Assembly (NCBI GenBank): GCA_002104905.1
Contig: MCFE01000075.1
Span: forward strand, 62,001 to 126,000
Length of the DNA: 64,000 bases
Direction of reading: 5' to 3'
Origin: Basidiobolus meristosporus CBS 931.73
Lineage: Eukaryota > Fungi > Basidiobolomycota
Part shown: positions 25,398-38,884 of the stretch, one piece after another
Layout of the letters: the number at the start of each line of letters is the position of its first letter
Position numbering within the stretch: position 1 is the stretch's first letter
Program-made: the position numbers and the translations under genes
Notes under the pieces: model-generated
Seen by the model: only the letters and a program-made list of their open reading frames with translations
Told to the model about the DNA's origin: nothing
Database searches by the model: none

Positions 25398-27750
25398 GCT
25401 TCCAATGTCCTTCCCATTAAGTTTGCACCTCTATTGGATTGAATCTCAACAGGGCATTCAAACTTCATAAGGATCTCATTGTAGATGAAACTTGCAGCGT
25501 CTTGCTCACTGGCTACAAGTACTGCTTTAGCCACTGGCCATTTAGTGGCATGGTCAATGGCTTCTAGGATCCAACAGTTGCATTTCCTGGTAGTTGGCTT
25601 TTGTGGTGGTGAATAGGTCCAAGGGAGAGGTATGTCCAACACTTCTCAAGTGCTTTGTGTGTGGGGTGTTCACTGGGTGCAATAACCTCTGGCAAAAGCT
25701 TGCTAGGAATACCTGGGTTCTGTCTCTAATCTAATATGATGGGGATTAAAGCCACAAGCTTGTCAAGGGAAAATCATTGAGCTAAAATTCCCAACTTAGT
25801 TGGCATCTTAACAAAAGTATGTGCTGGGTTCAGCGCCCTTTGAGATGACAATGTACTAAAGCTTCCAAAGTCAAAACAAATGTAAACTTCACCAGCAGGG
25901 ACTTGATAAGAATGCAGCTGTGGTCAATAGTCATAAAGACAGAAAGTACCTTTGCCTGTACAAGAACAAACTTGGGAAAGAATCAAATATAATAAAAGAT
26001 ACCTACTCTGAGTATTCCTCACAAGTAGTGCCTCCAAGGTCAGTTGGCTGTCAGTGTGGTTTCTGGGAGTGTCCTGTGGTCTGGGGTTGGAAGTTCAGGT
26101 AGCAGCAGGTAGCAGTGTTCACACTAATCAACAAGTTGGTATATTGATTAAAGGGATGATCATTTATTGTTGAGGGATGACCTCCCTTATATACTTTTCT
26201 TACTGTTCAAGTGATTACTAATTGTGGTGTTCCAAAAGGTTCTGGATATCAATAGAAATCATAATGACATCAGAATGACTTATGAATGTAGGTGCCAGAA
26301 GGTACTAAGAGGCACAGCACATCCAACCAATCAGGAATTAGTACTCTGAGACCTGTGTAACATAGGGATACCATATATGGTATGGAAATGGTAGGGATGG
26401 TGACACAGGTTGATCATGTGTCACAGATACTTGACTAATGTAGAAGCACTTACTGCTAGTAATCTTACATAAAGTGGGTGATAACTTATGCAATAAGGTA
26501 AGCATATGTGATAGTCAACCAGCTTATGGGATAGTACTGATCAGGTAAGACAAATGGGATAAAACTAAAATAAGGGTAGTAGAGAAATACTGAAGTAGAA
26601 AATATAGGAATGAGCACATCTGTCAGTGGGTGTCACTGCAACCCCACTACACCATGTTCCAATGAAGTCAATTTCCCATCTTTCAAATGGTCTTACTGGC
26701 TCCAAGGGAAAGAGCTCAGCAATTCTCTGTGGTTGGCCTTTGCTGATTTGGCAATTTGGGCATGTTGTCACTAGCTTCTCAGTTTCTTGTTTCATTCTGG
26801 GTCACCATGCTCTGGCTTTCACAAGGCTATAGGTTCCTTCAATTCCAGGATGTCCATATCCATTGGGTAGCTTATGTATTAAATCCAGGCAAGCAACATA
26901 ACGGCAATAGGTAATAGGGCTCCCATGAACAATATGGTAGAGTGTTTCATCCTGTACCACAAATCTGCTGGCTTTGTCCCATATTATCTTCTTGATCTCT
27001 TTGTCCAACTCATTAGGAGTGGCTTGGTCCTCCAAGTACTTAGGTAATAGGCTAGGTCAGTCTGATTCATGCACCAAGTTGAGTTGTGCAACATGTACCA
27101 ATCTTGATAAGGCATCAGCAACCATGTTGTTTTTCCCAGGGCAGTAGACATTCTCCAAATCAAATTGCTGAATCTATACTATAGCAAGCATCTCCTTCTC
27201 ATGCACTGGATAGTTCTGTCCAGCAGAGTTCAGGTTCTTGTATTCAAAGGCATCTGGGGGTCCTTTCCCTTGAGTTCTTGACTCAACACTCCACCAATAT
27301 CATAATCTGAAGCATCTGTTCATAGAATGAACTCTTTTCTGCAGCCAGGTATTCTTAAGCTTGGCAGCTAAGCAAGCTCATCCTTGAGTGTCTGGAAAGC
27401 CATCTCACAAGCTATTTCCCACTTGTAGGTATTGTCTTTCTTGAGAATATCAATTAAAGGGGCTGCAATACTTGCAAAGGACTTGGCAACTCTCCAATAA
27501 TAGGAGACCATTCCAAGGAATGATCTGAGTTCTGATATGCTATGGGGCTGCTTCAGATTCTTGATAACTTCAACCTTCTTAGGGTCTAAAGTCACTCCTG
27601 TGCTAGTCACTATGTGTCCCAGATATTCAACATGTTCCTTGGAGAATTCACACTTGGCTAGCTTGCCATATAGTTTGTTATCTCTCAGCTTCTTTAAGAC
27701 CTTTTCAATGTGCACCACATGATCCTCTTCTGTCTTGCTGCATATCAGTA
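25398..27750 (-). mobile_element. Ty3/gypsy pol fragment (RT, RNase H, integrase), interrupted by a solo LTR
   Basis: HIEKVLKKLRDNKLYGKLAKCEFSKEHVEYLGH and ELRSFLGMVSYY (RT); PFERWEIDFIG and WILEAIDHATKWPVAKAV (integrase, split by the LTR). Boundaries approximate. Confidence 0.85.
25602..26651 (-). mobile_element. Solo LTR, family 1
   Basis: Colinear and highly similar to 5030-6092, with TGTGGTGG...CCCCACTACA ends. Flanks CTTT/CCAT do not form a clean TSD. Confidence 0.8.
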
Positions 27751-29980
27751 TCATTAGCTTATGTAATACAGCAAGTATTGCAAAACTATACAGTAATGCA
27801 CCCAGTATGAATCAAGCACAAACATATCCAATATGTTCAATGGCAAACATAACAAACAGCTAAGAAGCAAGGTTACTTTGAAGGTGTGTATGACCATGCC
27901 TTTGCCTAGGCACTAGATGAATTTGCATCAAACAGTTGCTCTACCAGCAAGTCCTGCCAGCCACTGATTCTTATTGGCCCAACTCTGTTGCTTGTCTTAC
28001 AATATTCAAGTAGAAATCTGATGGCAGTCTCACTGGTGTCTGGGCCTAAATCACCATGGAACCTGGGTACCTACCTATATGTATTACTGAATGAATCTGG
28101 TATACTCTCCAGTTGGATAACAGTAAATGGCTGGCATGCCAAAGCCCATATTATTATCTGCATTGAAGATACTTCAGCAATCTGCCAGATAGCTGGCTTT
28201 TCTGGGCTCAATGGACAGTATTGCTGTCAAATGTGTGAGATCTAGAGGACCTACTCCATAACTCACCCACATTATTATTACCCAAACACCAACACCAGGA
28301 ACATCATTATCCTACATAGAGAACATACATAAGTCAGCATGTTAATGCAGCAAAGTTGGCAAGCTAGTAGCTGTTGGCTGGAATATGGAATCAATTGTAA
28401 ACTAGTGATTCTTAATATAGAGAGTATCTGTTGAAGCAAAAGCTTTCCACTAGGAGCAATGCATTTGCTTTTCAACAATATCCCTATACTGATGACCAAG
28501 TTTTACATGGAGCATTTCAAGCTAAATGAGCCCTTTGAGATACCAGAGAAATTTGATAGAATTGGCAAGATATTACAGAGTATCTGCTACCCCAAGTGCT
28601 TCTCACAGGCTTCAATCAATATTAACACACATATGCAACAATACAAATGCAAAGACTGGAAGAACTGGATATGTTTTTATTCAAGTGGTGTTCTGAAGCC
28701 ATTCCTAATAAGAGTTCATTGGAAGCATTGGGAGTTATATGTAGACATTGTAGGAATATTTATCCAGAAGCAGATCACCAATGCCTACTTGATGGATCTA
28801 CAGCTGTTGTGCAAGGAGATTGTGATGGGACTTGAGCGGCAATACTACAAACATAAAGCTGAACATGTAGATCTCTGCTGTTACTGTTTCCATTCTCTAC
28901 TCCATCTTGCACAGTGAGTGGAGAATATTGGGCCTTGCTTCACCTTTTGGGGGTTTCCTGTGGGGTGAATGTGTGGGGAGATAGGAAGACAAGTCAAGCT
29001 TCAGGTGCTACCATATCTCAATCTCATCAAGAGTATTACCTTCAAGTCTGTCATGAATTTGATGAGTTGGCACATGGAGAAGAGCCAGGAAGGGTTGAAA
29101 AATACTGAGGACAAATGGGAATATGGAGATACCTAAGCCTATGGCTTTAAGAAGCTAAGCAGCCCCAATATGTGGGTAATCAGTTAAATAATGCAAATTT
29201 GGGTTGGGTGCAACAAGCAACCAATTTTTACTAGCATAAGTCTACCGAGGTATGCCGGATTTCTCTTGATATCATGCCAGCATCTACACCATTCAATACA
29301 GAATTCACAAAAACAAGAGCCAGAGCGCCCTAATAAGGAGGAACAGAGTCCAGCCGGGAGAAGTAATATATTGGCTAAATGCCAAGAAGTTCTTTGCAGA
29401 TATTCAAGAGATATTCATGGCAGAAGTAGCAACAACCAAGCATGTGTTTGCAAGATGTATATGTTACCAGTAGTACAAGATATATGGCAACTTTGCAAGT
29501 ATTGCACTAAACAGCTGTAAAGTTGAGGTGATAGAAGTATGTCAATTGTGGCAGGTGTGCGCTTTTGTAGAGGTTAGCAAACAGGAGGCCAATAGGGGTT
29601 ATTCTACAGTGGAATATAAGAATTGCACAAGGGGTGGTAGAAAGAAAAATGCCATTTGGTCAATTGGTATGGTAGCAATGTAAAGAACCAGCTGTAGGCC
29701 GCCAGGCTGCTGATATAATGCCTTCTGAGACATGGTGTGAGGCTGGTGAAATATTGCCAAGTTTCTTGCCATATGAGACAATTAGATGTCCTAGCCAGTT
29801 GGATCCATTTCAATAGTTGTAGAGCACAATAAGACCACAACAATACAATGCAATTGTTGTCATAGCAACAAGCAAATCTGGTCAATTTTTATCACTTTAT
29901 TTGGTAGTAGAATAGCAAAATGGCGTTGTGATCCTGTCATAAGATTGTTAAGAGGGTCATTGATTCCAAGCTGCTGGTAT

Positions 29981-30348
29981 TGTTATGATCTGCCGCTTGA
30001 ATATTTAAGGTTGATCAGTTTTTAGTCAAATGTACTAGCTTTTTGTTCAGGTTATCAGTATATCAGTATTATCTATCAAATCAGTAATATTAGTCAGCTA
30101 ATGAATCAGCAGATCCTTATCAGACAGATATAGATATATTAGGTAGGACCTTATTGGGTGATGATGATGCAATCAAATGAATCATCAGCCACAGCCTACA
30201 TTAGGAATACAATTAGTCAGCAATTGATCTGGCAAAATGTATATAAGGGGCTGCTGGAATCTCAATAAAGATCAGTTCAAGTTTTAGTGAGTACAATACT
30301 TGCTAAACTCCCTATTCCTCTACAACTCTTATACCACGACTTGTAACA
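29981..30348. mobile_element. Solo LTR, family 2 (368 bp)
   Basis: TGTTATGA...TTGTAACA ends, 4-bp TSD GTAT/GTAT. Confidence 0.8.
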
Positions 30349-30738
30349 GTATTATCACAGTCTCTTAATGGGATCTGTTGCAATTAAAGAAGTGATTTGG
30401 ATATAAGGAACTTATCAAGAAATAGTGATAATAGTTGAACTGTTGTTTATTCATAAAGAAGCTCAGTATTTATACCTTTGTAGAAGTAATACAGCTGCAA
30501 CACTAAGTAGGGAGGGTTTCTCAATATTCAGGAGCATTCTGTAACAGTTTCAGGGTTAGTACATAATGTTTGGTAATAGTGCTGATTTGATCCTGACTAT
30601 AGGGGAATAATCATAAGATAATATATCTGGAGAAAGTGGCAAAGTTAAGGCAGTAAGTGAGTCCTACAGTGACTAAGACTAGTCTAGAATTGTCAAGTAA
30701 ATTTTGAGCTGCTGAATGATACCAAATAGTCCAATATT

Positions 30739-31530
30739 TCAACACTCCCCCTCAACTAAATAATTTCTTAATCCCAATTTCTCTCTAAGGATCTCAAACT
30801 GTAGCCTAGCTAGTGGTTTTGTCAATATGTCTGCCACCATTTTGTCAGTTGGGCAGTAAACCAGCTCCACTAAGTTATTTTCTACAGCTTCCCTCACAAA
30901 GTGATGCTGTATATCAATGTGCTTAGTTCTGGCATGAATAGTAGGATTTCTAGCTAATGAAATACAACTTTGATTTTCCTTGTAAATACATGTTGGTTGA
31001 CCTGAGTTTAAACCTAAGTCTTTGAATAATTTTTGTAGCCATATAGCCTCCTTAGTTGCTTGACATGCAGCCATATATTTGGCTTCAGTTGTAGATAGTG
31101 CCACAGTTGGTTGTTTTTTGCAATTCCAAGTAATAGCTGCACCAGCATAAAGAAATACATAGCCTGTGGTAGAGCATCTGTCAGTCAGATCCCTACCCCA
31201 ATCTGAATCACTATAGCCATCAAATTTTTGCCTATTAGCTGCTCTAGAGTATACCAGTACCATATTTATGGTACCTTGTAGATATCTGAAAATCTGCTCA
31301 ACTGCTGCAATTTGATCTGATCCATAATTCTGGATGAATTGACTGACTATTCCAGCTGCTACTGCAATATCTGGATGTGTAGACACCATCAAGTATATTA
31401 GGCTACCAATCATTGATTGATAGGGAAAGTTTTGGTCCATATTTGAGCCGTTTGCATCTCTAACTGGCTGAGATTTGCTTAATTTCAGGTTATTGTCCAT
31501 AGGGGTTGCTGCAGGTTTGGTTGTCCACAT
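30739..31530 (-). CDS. Copia RT C-terminus plus RNase H, open 263-aa frame
   Basis: YQSMIGSLIYL, GYSDSDWG, TTGYVF, TVALSTTEAKY, HARTKHIDIQHHFVRE, MVADILTKPL. Confidence 0.85.
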   Translation of the reverse strand: MWTTKPAATPMDNNLKLSKSQPVRDANGSNMDQNFPYQSMIGSLIYLMVSTHPDIAVAAGIVSQFIQNYGSDQIAAVEQIFRYLQGTINMVLVYSRAANRQKFDGYSDSDWGRDLTDRCSTTGYVFLYAGAAITWNCKKQPTVALSTTEAKYMAACQATKEAIWLQKLFKDLGLNSGQPTCIYKENQSCISLARNPTIHARTKHIDIQHHFVREAVENNLVELVYCPTDKMVADILTKPLARLQFEILREKLGLRNYLVEGEC

Positions 31531-32010
31531 AAAGAACTAGCATGATCACACCATTTTTGAGCTGCTTCACATATATACTATGATCTGCAGTGCTACGAGA
31601 GAACCCAATTTCCTCTATATATGTGTCAATCTTGTTATACCATGCTCTGGGTGCCTGCTTCAGCCCTTACAACAATTTTCTAAGTTTGCACACTTTATGG
31701 GGGCCTTTTGGATTGGTAAAACCTTCTGGTTGCTCCATATATATAGTTTCTTGCAAATCCCCATTTAGAAAGACTGTTTTGACGTCCATTTGGTGTAGAT
31801 CTAAATTGTGTACAGCTGCCAGGGCTAGAACTGTCCTAATAGAGTTAAACTTGGCAACCGGAGCAAATGTTTCCTCAAAGTCTAGTCCCTGGATCTGGGA
31901 ATAGCCTTTAGCTACCAATCTAGCCTTGTACTTATCAACAACACCATTTGAGGTTATCTTGATCTTGTGGACCCATCTACATCCTATTGGCTTTCTCCCA
32001 TTTGGTAAAT
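31531..32010 (-). pseudogene. Copia RT N-terminal fragment
   Basis: [52 protein letters not shown]. Truncated at VLYVD by a deletion. Confidence 0.8.
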
Positions 32011-32373
32011 CTTCCTCATGTTGAAGAACTTTTGTTTCAAATAACGCTTGCTTGATACTGACTTTGCTCTAAAGATCTTCTCTAAGGATTCCCATGCTGC
32101 TTTGGCAGTATTTGAGGCATGGATTTGTCCAATGAAGGTGTCTTGCACATTGATGCATATGGCATTGAAGGCCTTTCTCTCCTTCTCTTGAAACTTCTCC
32201 ACATTTTCTGCTGTTCCTTTGGGCTCAACTTCCGTTCCTGTTACTATGTTCCAAAGCTTTCTTTCCTCAAGGTGGATCTGCATCTTAACTCTCCAAAGTC
32301 TGTAGTTCTTCCCATCAAACCTCTCCTTTACAGGGAAGATGTTGGTTTTGCTTTGTTTGCTGGTAGAAGTCAT
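31984..32373 (-). CDS. Copia gag N-terminus (UBN2-type), truncated by an internal deletion
   Basis: FDGKNYRLWRVKMQIHLEERKLWNIV...AKAAWESLEKIF is a typical copia gag; it is fused out of frame to the RT start. Confidence 0.75.
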   Translation of the reverse strand: MTSTSKQSKTNIFPVKERFDGKNYRLWRVKMQIHLEERKLWNIVTGTEVEPKGTAENVEKFQEKERKAFNAICINVQDTFIGQIHASNTAKAAWESLEKIFRAKSVSSKRYLKQKFFNMRKIYQMGESQ

Positions 32374-32838
32374 CTTTAGAATAGATTAAGGCAATTGGGG
32401 CTCATAACCTGTTGCAAACTAAAAAGTGATTTGGATGTAAGGAACTTATCAAGAAATAGTGATAATAGCTGAACTGTTGTTTATTCATAAAGAAGCTCAG
32501 TATTTATACCTTTGTAGAAGTAATACAGCTGCAACACTAAGTAGGGAGGGTTTCTCAATATTCAGGAGCATTCTGTAACAGTTTCAGGGTTTGTACATAA
32601 TGTTTGGTAATAGTGCTAATTTGATCCTGACTATAGGGGAATAATCATAAGATCATATATCTGGAGAAAGTGGCAAAGTTAAGGCAGTAAGTGAGTCCTA
32701 CAGTGACTAAGACTATTCTAGAATTGTCAAGTAAATTTTGAGCTGCTGAATGATACCAAATAGTCCAATATTTCAACAGGATCCTGATGGCTGATCTAGA
32801 TTGGATACACCTGTGATACCAAATTGCTATTCATATGG

Positions 32839-35283
32839 CTTCAGTACACTGTCATCTCAAAGGGTGCTGAACAAGAAAATACTATTTTAAGATGCCAACT
32901 ATGTCAGGGTTTAATGCTTTAATAAGCAATGATAACCAACAGAGGAGGTACTCAAGACCCTCTCAAGGCAACAGCAATCTATTTTGCAAGTACCAGCCAA
33001 GGAAAGGATGCACATCAGACCAGTGTCGGAACAGAGAGAATCTGCAGAAAAAGCTTGAATATGGAAGTGCTGCAACTACTGAGGATAGACTATTCATATC
33101 TGCACTGAATTTGACCACAAACTAGGATTCTCAAACATGGTACATTGACTCTGGAGCAAATGAGCACTTTACACAATTTCAATGACTTTTCCCCAATATC
33201 CAGAAGTACCAGTAAAGAAGGTTTTCATTGGGAATAATACAACATTTGATGCAGTTGGAGAAGGAACTATCCTAGTTAGCATTAGAAGTAGTCAATTAAG
33301 CAATACGCTTTCCTTCAAAGAAGTACTCTGTTTACTAGAAAAAGCCAAGAACCTACTATCTGTAAGCAAGGCCTCAACTGAAGGACTTAGCTATAGCTTT
33401 GAGAATTCTGGAAGCTGTATCACTGATAGAAATGGTACTTGTATTGCTTTGAGTATCAGATGTCAGAATCTCTACAAGTAAGCATATATTCAATCAAATC
33501 TGGAAGACATAACAAGTGACATGAGGGTAGAAACATCAATGCTTTGGCACAGATGATCTGGACACCTTATCTTTGGTTATTTGTGCAATATGATCAAAGA
33601 TTAACTAATTTCTGGAGGAAAAACTGACCTCCCAGCTGATTTGGAGTATTGTGAAGCCTACATATATTGAAAACAAGCCAAACAACTAATCAGGAACTCT
33701 GGGCTAATCAAAACAAAGGAAAGTAATATTTAAGTCACCCAGATCTGAGTGGGCATGTGCAAAGTTTACATTAGGTGGGACAAAGTATTCAGTCACATTT
33801 ATTAATGATTATACTAAATAAATGTGGGTCTACATTGTGGAAGAAATGAAAATGTTCTGTCTAAGCCCAGGGAGCTTAAACGTATGGTAGGGAAAGAAAC
33901 CAGTGAAAAAATCAAGAAAATATGCACTGACAATGGTGGAGAATATGTCTCATAACTACAACCCCTTCTGCAAAATTCATGTGATGATGCAAGAGACTAC
34001 TGAATCATACTCTCTCAGTAAACTGGAATGGCAGAAGGTGCAAACAGATCATGATTGATATGGCAAGTATCATGTATTGTAATTAAAAATTATCCTTTGA
34101 TTTTTGAGTGGATTCTGTCATAATTACATGACATCCCTCACTTTTCATAATCTGGCCATATCAAGTCAGTGAAGAAATCCCAGTTCCTTCTAGAAAATCT
34201 ATTACATTCATTCAGCTTATGGAAAGCTCCAAATCTATGGTATAAATGGGAGCATTCTATGGAAGCTTCCCATTGAGATTTAAATAGTTTAAAACCATAT
34301 ATGGTAATTACACGTCACATGACCTAGTCATGCTGACCTTTGGCATATCCCCTTGTGTTATTCTCATCTGATCTTTAGTGTATTGCAATCTTGGCACATT
34401 TACTGTGACTTACCCCAGAATCACATTAGTATTAGCAAATATCTTTTGGCATTCACATTGCCTGAAGAGTTATATAGTCCTATTCCCTCCTATGTATTCC
34501 TCAGTCAGATCAATACAAATCTTGAATAAACAGCCTTACCTTGGAATCCACCTTGTCTTATTGATGAGGCAGATTATGAATATAGACCAAGTGCAGAACA
34601 ACTAAGAATATTTGGGTATACAGCATATGTCAAGAATCTGCCCAGTAGTCAGTCAAAGTTCAAGCCAAAAAGTGTAAGTCCATATCCCTTGGCTACTGCA
34701 ATGAGAGCAATGCATACAGACTCTACAATGCTAATGCAAAGAAGTTGATCAAGTCCAGGGGTGTACTGTCTGATGAGAAATTCAGGATTTTCACAAATAA
34801 TGACAGCAGATGATGTAAAGTTTAATCTCAAGACTTACAAAGCTGAAAGACACTAAGCAAAACTTGTGGCCCAATGATACTGTCAAACAAAAGGACTTGA
34901 CCATACTGGGACCTGAGCACTATTAGTAAAGCTTAGTTCAGTCAGAATGATACTGCCTATTGCAGCCAGATATATGTGTTTCATATATCTAATGGGTTTA
35001 CAATCTGTAGTTTAAAAGGGGGACTTGATAAGTATATGTATGTGGACACACCTAATGGACTTGCTGACAAAAAATGTCCCACTGAGTCTGCGTGCTTAAA
35101 AAACTGCTACTTAGACAGTCACCAAGAGCCTGGAGTTGCAAGATAGATTCTTATTTGGAATCTTCAACTTCCAAAAGGAGTACTGCTATCTATGGTAAAT
35201 ACTATAAGCCAGATAGAGTAAATCCAGTACTTTTAGCTTTATATGTGGATAATCTTATTATAACCATTGGGATCATGTCATGA
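32839..35283 (+). mobile_element. Ty1/copia internal fragment (gag end, protease, integrase, partial RT), decayed
   Basis: WYIDSGANEHF (protease), TDNGGEY (integrase), VLLALYVDNLII (RT). Boundaries approximate. Confidence 0.8.
34116..34600 (+). mobile_element. Solo LTR related to the chromovirus LTR at 55025-55570 (family 4)
   Basis: TGTCATAATTACATGACATCC...CAGTGAAGAAATCC and TATAGTCCTATTCCCTCC...GTATTCCTCAGTC match the reverse complement of 55570-55170. Right end and TSD unclear. Confidence 0.6.
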
Positions 35284-35329
35284 GTCAATTATAAAGCTAG
35301 CAGCTTAGAATTATTCACGCTTGACACAA

Positions 35330-38300
35330 TCTTATTACAATATTATCTCAGCATTTGCGGATTTCTCTGCCAAATGAATTTACAAACTTGATGGTGTTTG
35401 AGTGGTCTTTTGACAAAACTTACATAGCTTTATATTGGTCTTGATGCAATCTGTCTTCATTTCAGCAGGCCTTACAAGTCATTGCATCCAATTGCCTCAT
35501 ATGGCAGGAAACTGATGGTGTTCTGACAGTCTCATTGCAAGCCTTGGCTGGCATTACAAAGGCAATATGGTGGCCTACAGCTAGGTCTATATAATCTTAC
35601 CATGCAAATTTACAAAATTGTATTTTCTTTTCTACCTCCCCTGGTGCAGTCCATATTAGTAGTGTAGCTTTGGTGAGAGCCCTACATCTTTATGCTAATG
35701 TTCATTCACTGGATCCCATACGTCCAGGCCTTCAGCTGGCACTGCAAGGTCTAGCTCCTCATCTGCCAGTATTTGCCATAAGTCCTTGCAATATTCAAGT
35801 GCATTTTCATGAGCACTGCTCTTGAAGAAGTGTTGCAACTTCTTGTTGTGCCTATTAATGTTTCAAAATTCCACCAAAGACATTGTGATGCCTTTTGAGT
35901 TCTTGCCATTGCTACTATGTCTGTCACTGGGATCTTCATTCTGTCAGCAATGCGCAAATTTCCTTGATCACTGCCAAGTCTGTCAGTGCTTCTTTGTCTG
36001 TGTGCTTCTTGCTCTGAACTACACTTTCATCTTGATAAATACTGCACTGATGCCTCTATTTTGGCCTGCTTGTCCCTTGCTGGTGCACTGCAGACAACCT
36101 GATGCTTCTTTCCTACTTGTCTCAATCTCTGAGCTTATGCTGTGACAGGCTCTTGAGGTAGCCACTTGTCCCAGTCACTTCCAGGTCCTTCACTGGTACT
36201 TGGAGTTAGCGCTTCTTGTGTAGAACTATGCTTTTTCCTGTGTACATATTGTGCTGGTGTATTTGTGTCTGCCTGCTTTTCCCTCATTGGCACTCTTCCA
36301 GCTACTTAATACCTCTTTGACACTTGTTTGGACCTTTTGGCAATGCTTGTAATGGGCTATTGAGGAAGCCACTGGTGTATAGTCATTGCACCCTTGTTCT
36401 TCTGCCATTGATAGTTTCTGCTACGCTTCAGATACTTTCTTAGTGTACCAAAGCTTGCCCCAAATTCATTTTCTTGTCTAAATCCAGATAATGCTCATGG
36501 AACAAGTCAACTATATTCCGCTTAGCCTTGAGTTCCTGATGGTCCCATAATATGCTGGCCTTAAGGTGTTGGCATGCGGGACTTCAAACAGCCATTTGAA
36601 AATTAGCCCACTCTTCATCATTGCGCTCAATGGCTACATGGATTTTTGAGGTCTTTTGATTGATAGGCTTTGGCAAAAATATTACATGTACTCCCTCCCA
36701 TGCTGGGATAGGTTTTTCTGTGGACTTTATCCTTACACACTGTTCCTGTGCTTCAAAGACAGTAACTTGCTCCTCTGCTGTTAAATTGGCAAATGGCGTA
36801 ATTCTTGGTTGTGACATTGAGCTACTTGAGTTCCTTCTTTGCAGCAATGGTACTGCTTTCTGTACCTGAGATCTTGGTTGCTCAACACCCTTTATCTGCT
36901 CCTCCTGTTTCTAGACTATTTCCTGATTTCTCTTGGCCATTGCATGTATCTTTCCAGCCACTGCACCTAATTGCCTAATTAATGCATTGGTATGAGCTGA
37001 CAGCATACTTGCTAATACAGTTGGTGTTGATGTTATGATGACCACTTGATGGTCTCCAACTGAAGGTATTGCTTTTACTACATTCTCATCTGCCTCAGCA
37101 ATTTGGTCAGCTTGCAGCTCTGTAGAGATTCCCAATTGTCTACTTGACTGAGAGCCTTAGGAGTCTGCATTATTTCCCCTCAGTGGGCACACTGTCCACA
37201 TAGCTTTTTTTGCTTGAAGCTCCACTTGCTGCACTGAATGTCAAAGCAAGCTATTGTCCAACTGTTCTTCTACAGCTGTCAGTGGTGGGGTTTGGTTGGG
37301 AACCAGAAAACTTTGATTTATCATTTAGCAGCATATATAGGGAAGTGAGTCAAACCAAAGGGGAAATGGTGTTGCATATACTTGTATATATTGTGCCTCA
37401 ACTTTATTTATAATGCTTATTATGGTAGGTCATCATTGAATATGACATTCTTATAGGATGCAATATCTCAAATACAAGACTGTCTTAATCTCACATGAGT
37501 ATTGATAAAAAATGATTTAATGCCATTACATTGTTGAGTGTGAATCTGTTTGCCCCATAGACAAGACCACATTGATTCTACACCATAAGAGAAGAGAAAA
37601 AGACCATTTGGCTATTGCAGCAAGCCTCTCAACCATGAGGTATGCAGACAGCCTAGGTAGCATTACAAGGATCATGACCAGTATTTTGCCACACAAGTTA
37701 TATTTGACCATTCACTAGTCACTACTATACTAGCAATATATTGCTGGCCACTTGATACTTCTATAATGGCATCTGGCTTTACTTGGCACCTGCGTAAACT
37801 TAGTCAGGCAAGTTTGTGACACCCTTAGGCTCATCCCAGCCTTCTGATTACAGCATGCAGAGTGATAGCTCTGAAGAAGCAGGCTCACTAATGGATGGGG
37901 TGCCTATCTTCCCTAATAACAGTACCATGCAAGAGCCTGGCCAAATTCCATAATGTAACAAGCCAAAACCCATCAAAAAATGCCAAGGATACTTTACAGG
38001 GTAAAGTGAGCCTAGTAATCCATCTACTGGTGAATGATGTGATGTTGTGGCTAGAGAAGTGTCTTGTTTTCACTAACATCAGTAATGGGGGCTTTGAGGA
38101 TTTACTACTACTTCTTGCCACCATTAACCCAGGATGCAACTTCCCCTGTACATGGTATAAATGGAAAACTGTCATACAGTTGGCAATGTATGATGCAGAG
38201 ATTGTTCTGATACCAGCATGTATGAGCAGTTGCATGGTATTCACATCAGAAAATGCTATCATTGCAAGGTGACCAACTTGTCAGGAATCCACCACCTTTA

Positions 38301-38884
38301 GGGAAAAGATTGTTCACACTCCAGATATATTCTGGTAATACCCTGTCTAAAGAAGTTCACGCAGTCCAACAAGTAATGTGAAGTTATAAAGTACCATGCC
38401 CAGTGTCAATCAAGCAAAAACATATCTGATGTACTTGATGGCAAACATTACAAACAGCTAAGAAGCAAGGACTACTTTGAAGGTATGTATGACCATGCCT
38501 TTACCTTGGCACTGGATGGATTTGCATCAAACAATCACTCTACCAGCAAAACCTGCTGGTTTCTAATTCTCATTAATGTGAATCTGCTGCCTATCTTGTG
38601 GTATCAGAGCAGAATCTGGTGGTAGTCTCACTGTTATCAAGGCCCAAATAACCATCCAACCTGGATAGCTACCTGTATCCATTGCTGGATGAATTTTCTA
38701 TGCTTTCCAGTATGATACCAGTAAATGGCCAACATGTAAAAGCAAACAATGATACCCTGGCCATCAGCAAGATTGCTGGCTTTTCTGGGCCCCATAGATA
38801 GTATGGCTGTCAAATTTGTGAGATACAAGGGACTATGCCGTAACTGACAAACATTACTATCAACCAAACACCAACATTAGGAGC
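35330..38884 (+). mobile_element. Rearranged CMC fragments (ORF2 on -, transposase N-half on +)
   Basis: ORF2 remnants at 35690-37330 and transposase remnants at 37560-38870 (LLVNDVMLWLEK, GPNNHPTW region). Approximate. Confidence 0.7.

Larger units (their letters stand above)
30376..32778 (-). mobile_element. Internally deleted, non-autonomous Ty1/copia element (2403 bp) with both LTRs
   Basis: 369-bp LTRs at 30376-30744 and 32410-32778 (about 10 differences by eye), 5-bp TSD GGATC, PBS GGTTATGAGCCCC (32397-32409, - strand), PPT GAGGGGGAG (30745-30753, - strand). Confidence 0.93.
27751..32838 (+). mobile_element. CMC right half with decayed transposase; subterminal region carries a solo LTR and a copia insertion
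   Basis: Transposase motifs at 27850-29700. The subterminal sequence resumes after each insertion and ends in a degenerate TIR (TTCATATGG) at ~32838. Confidence 0.75.
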
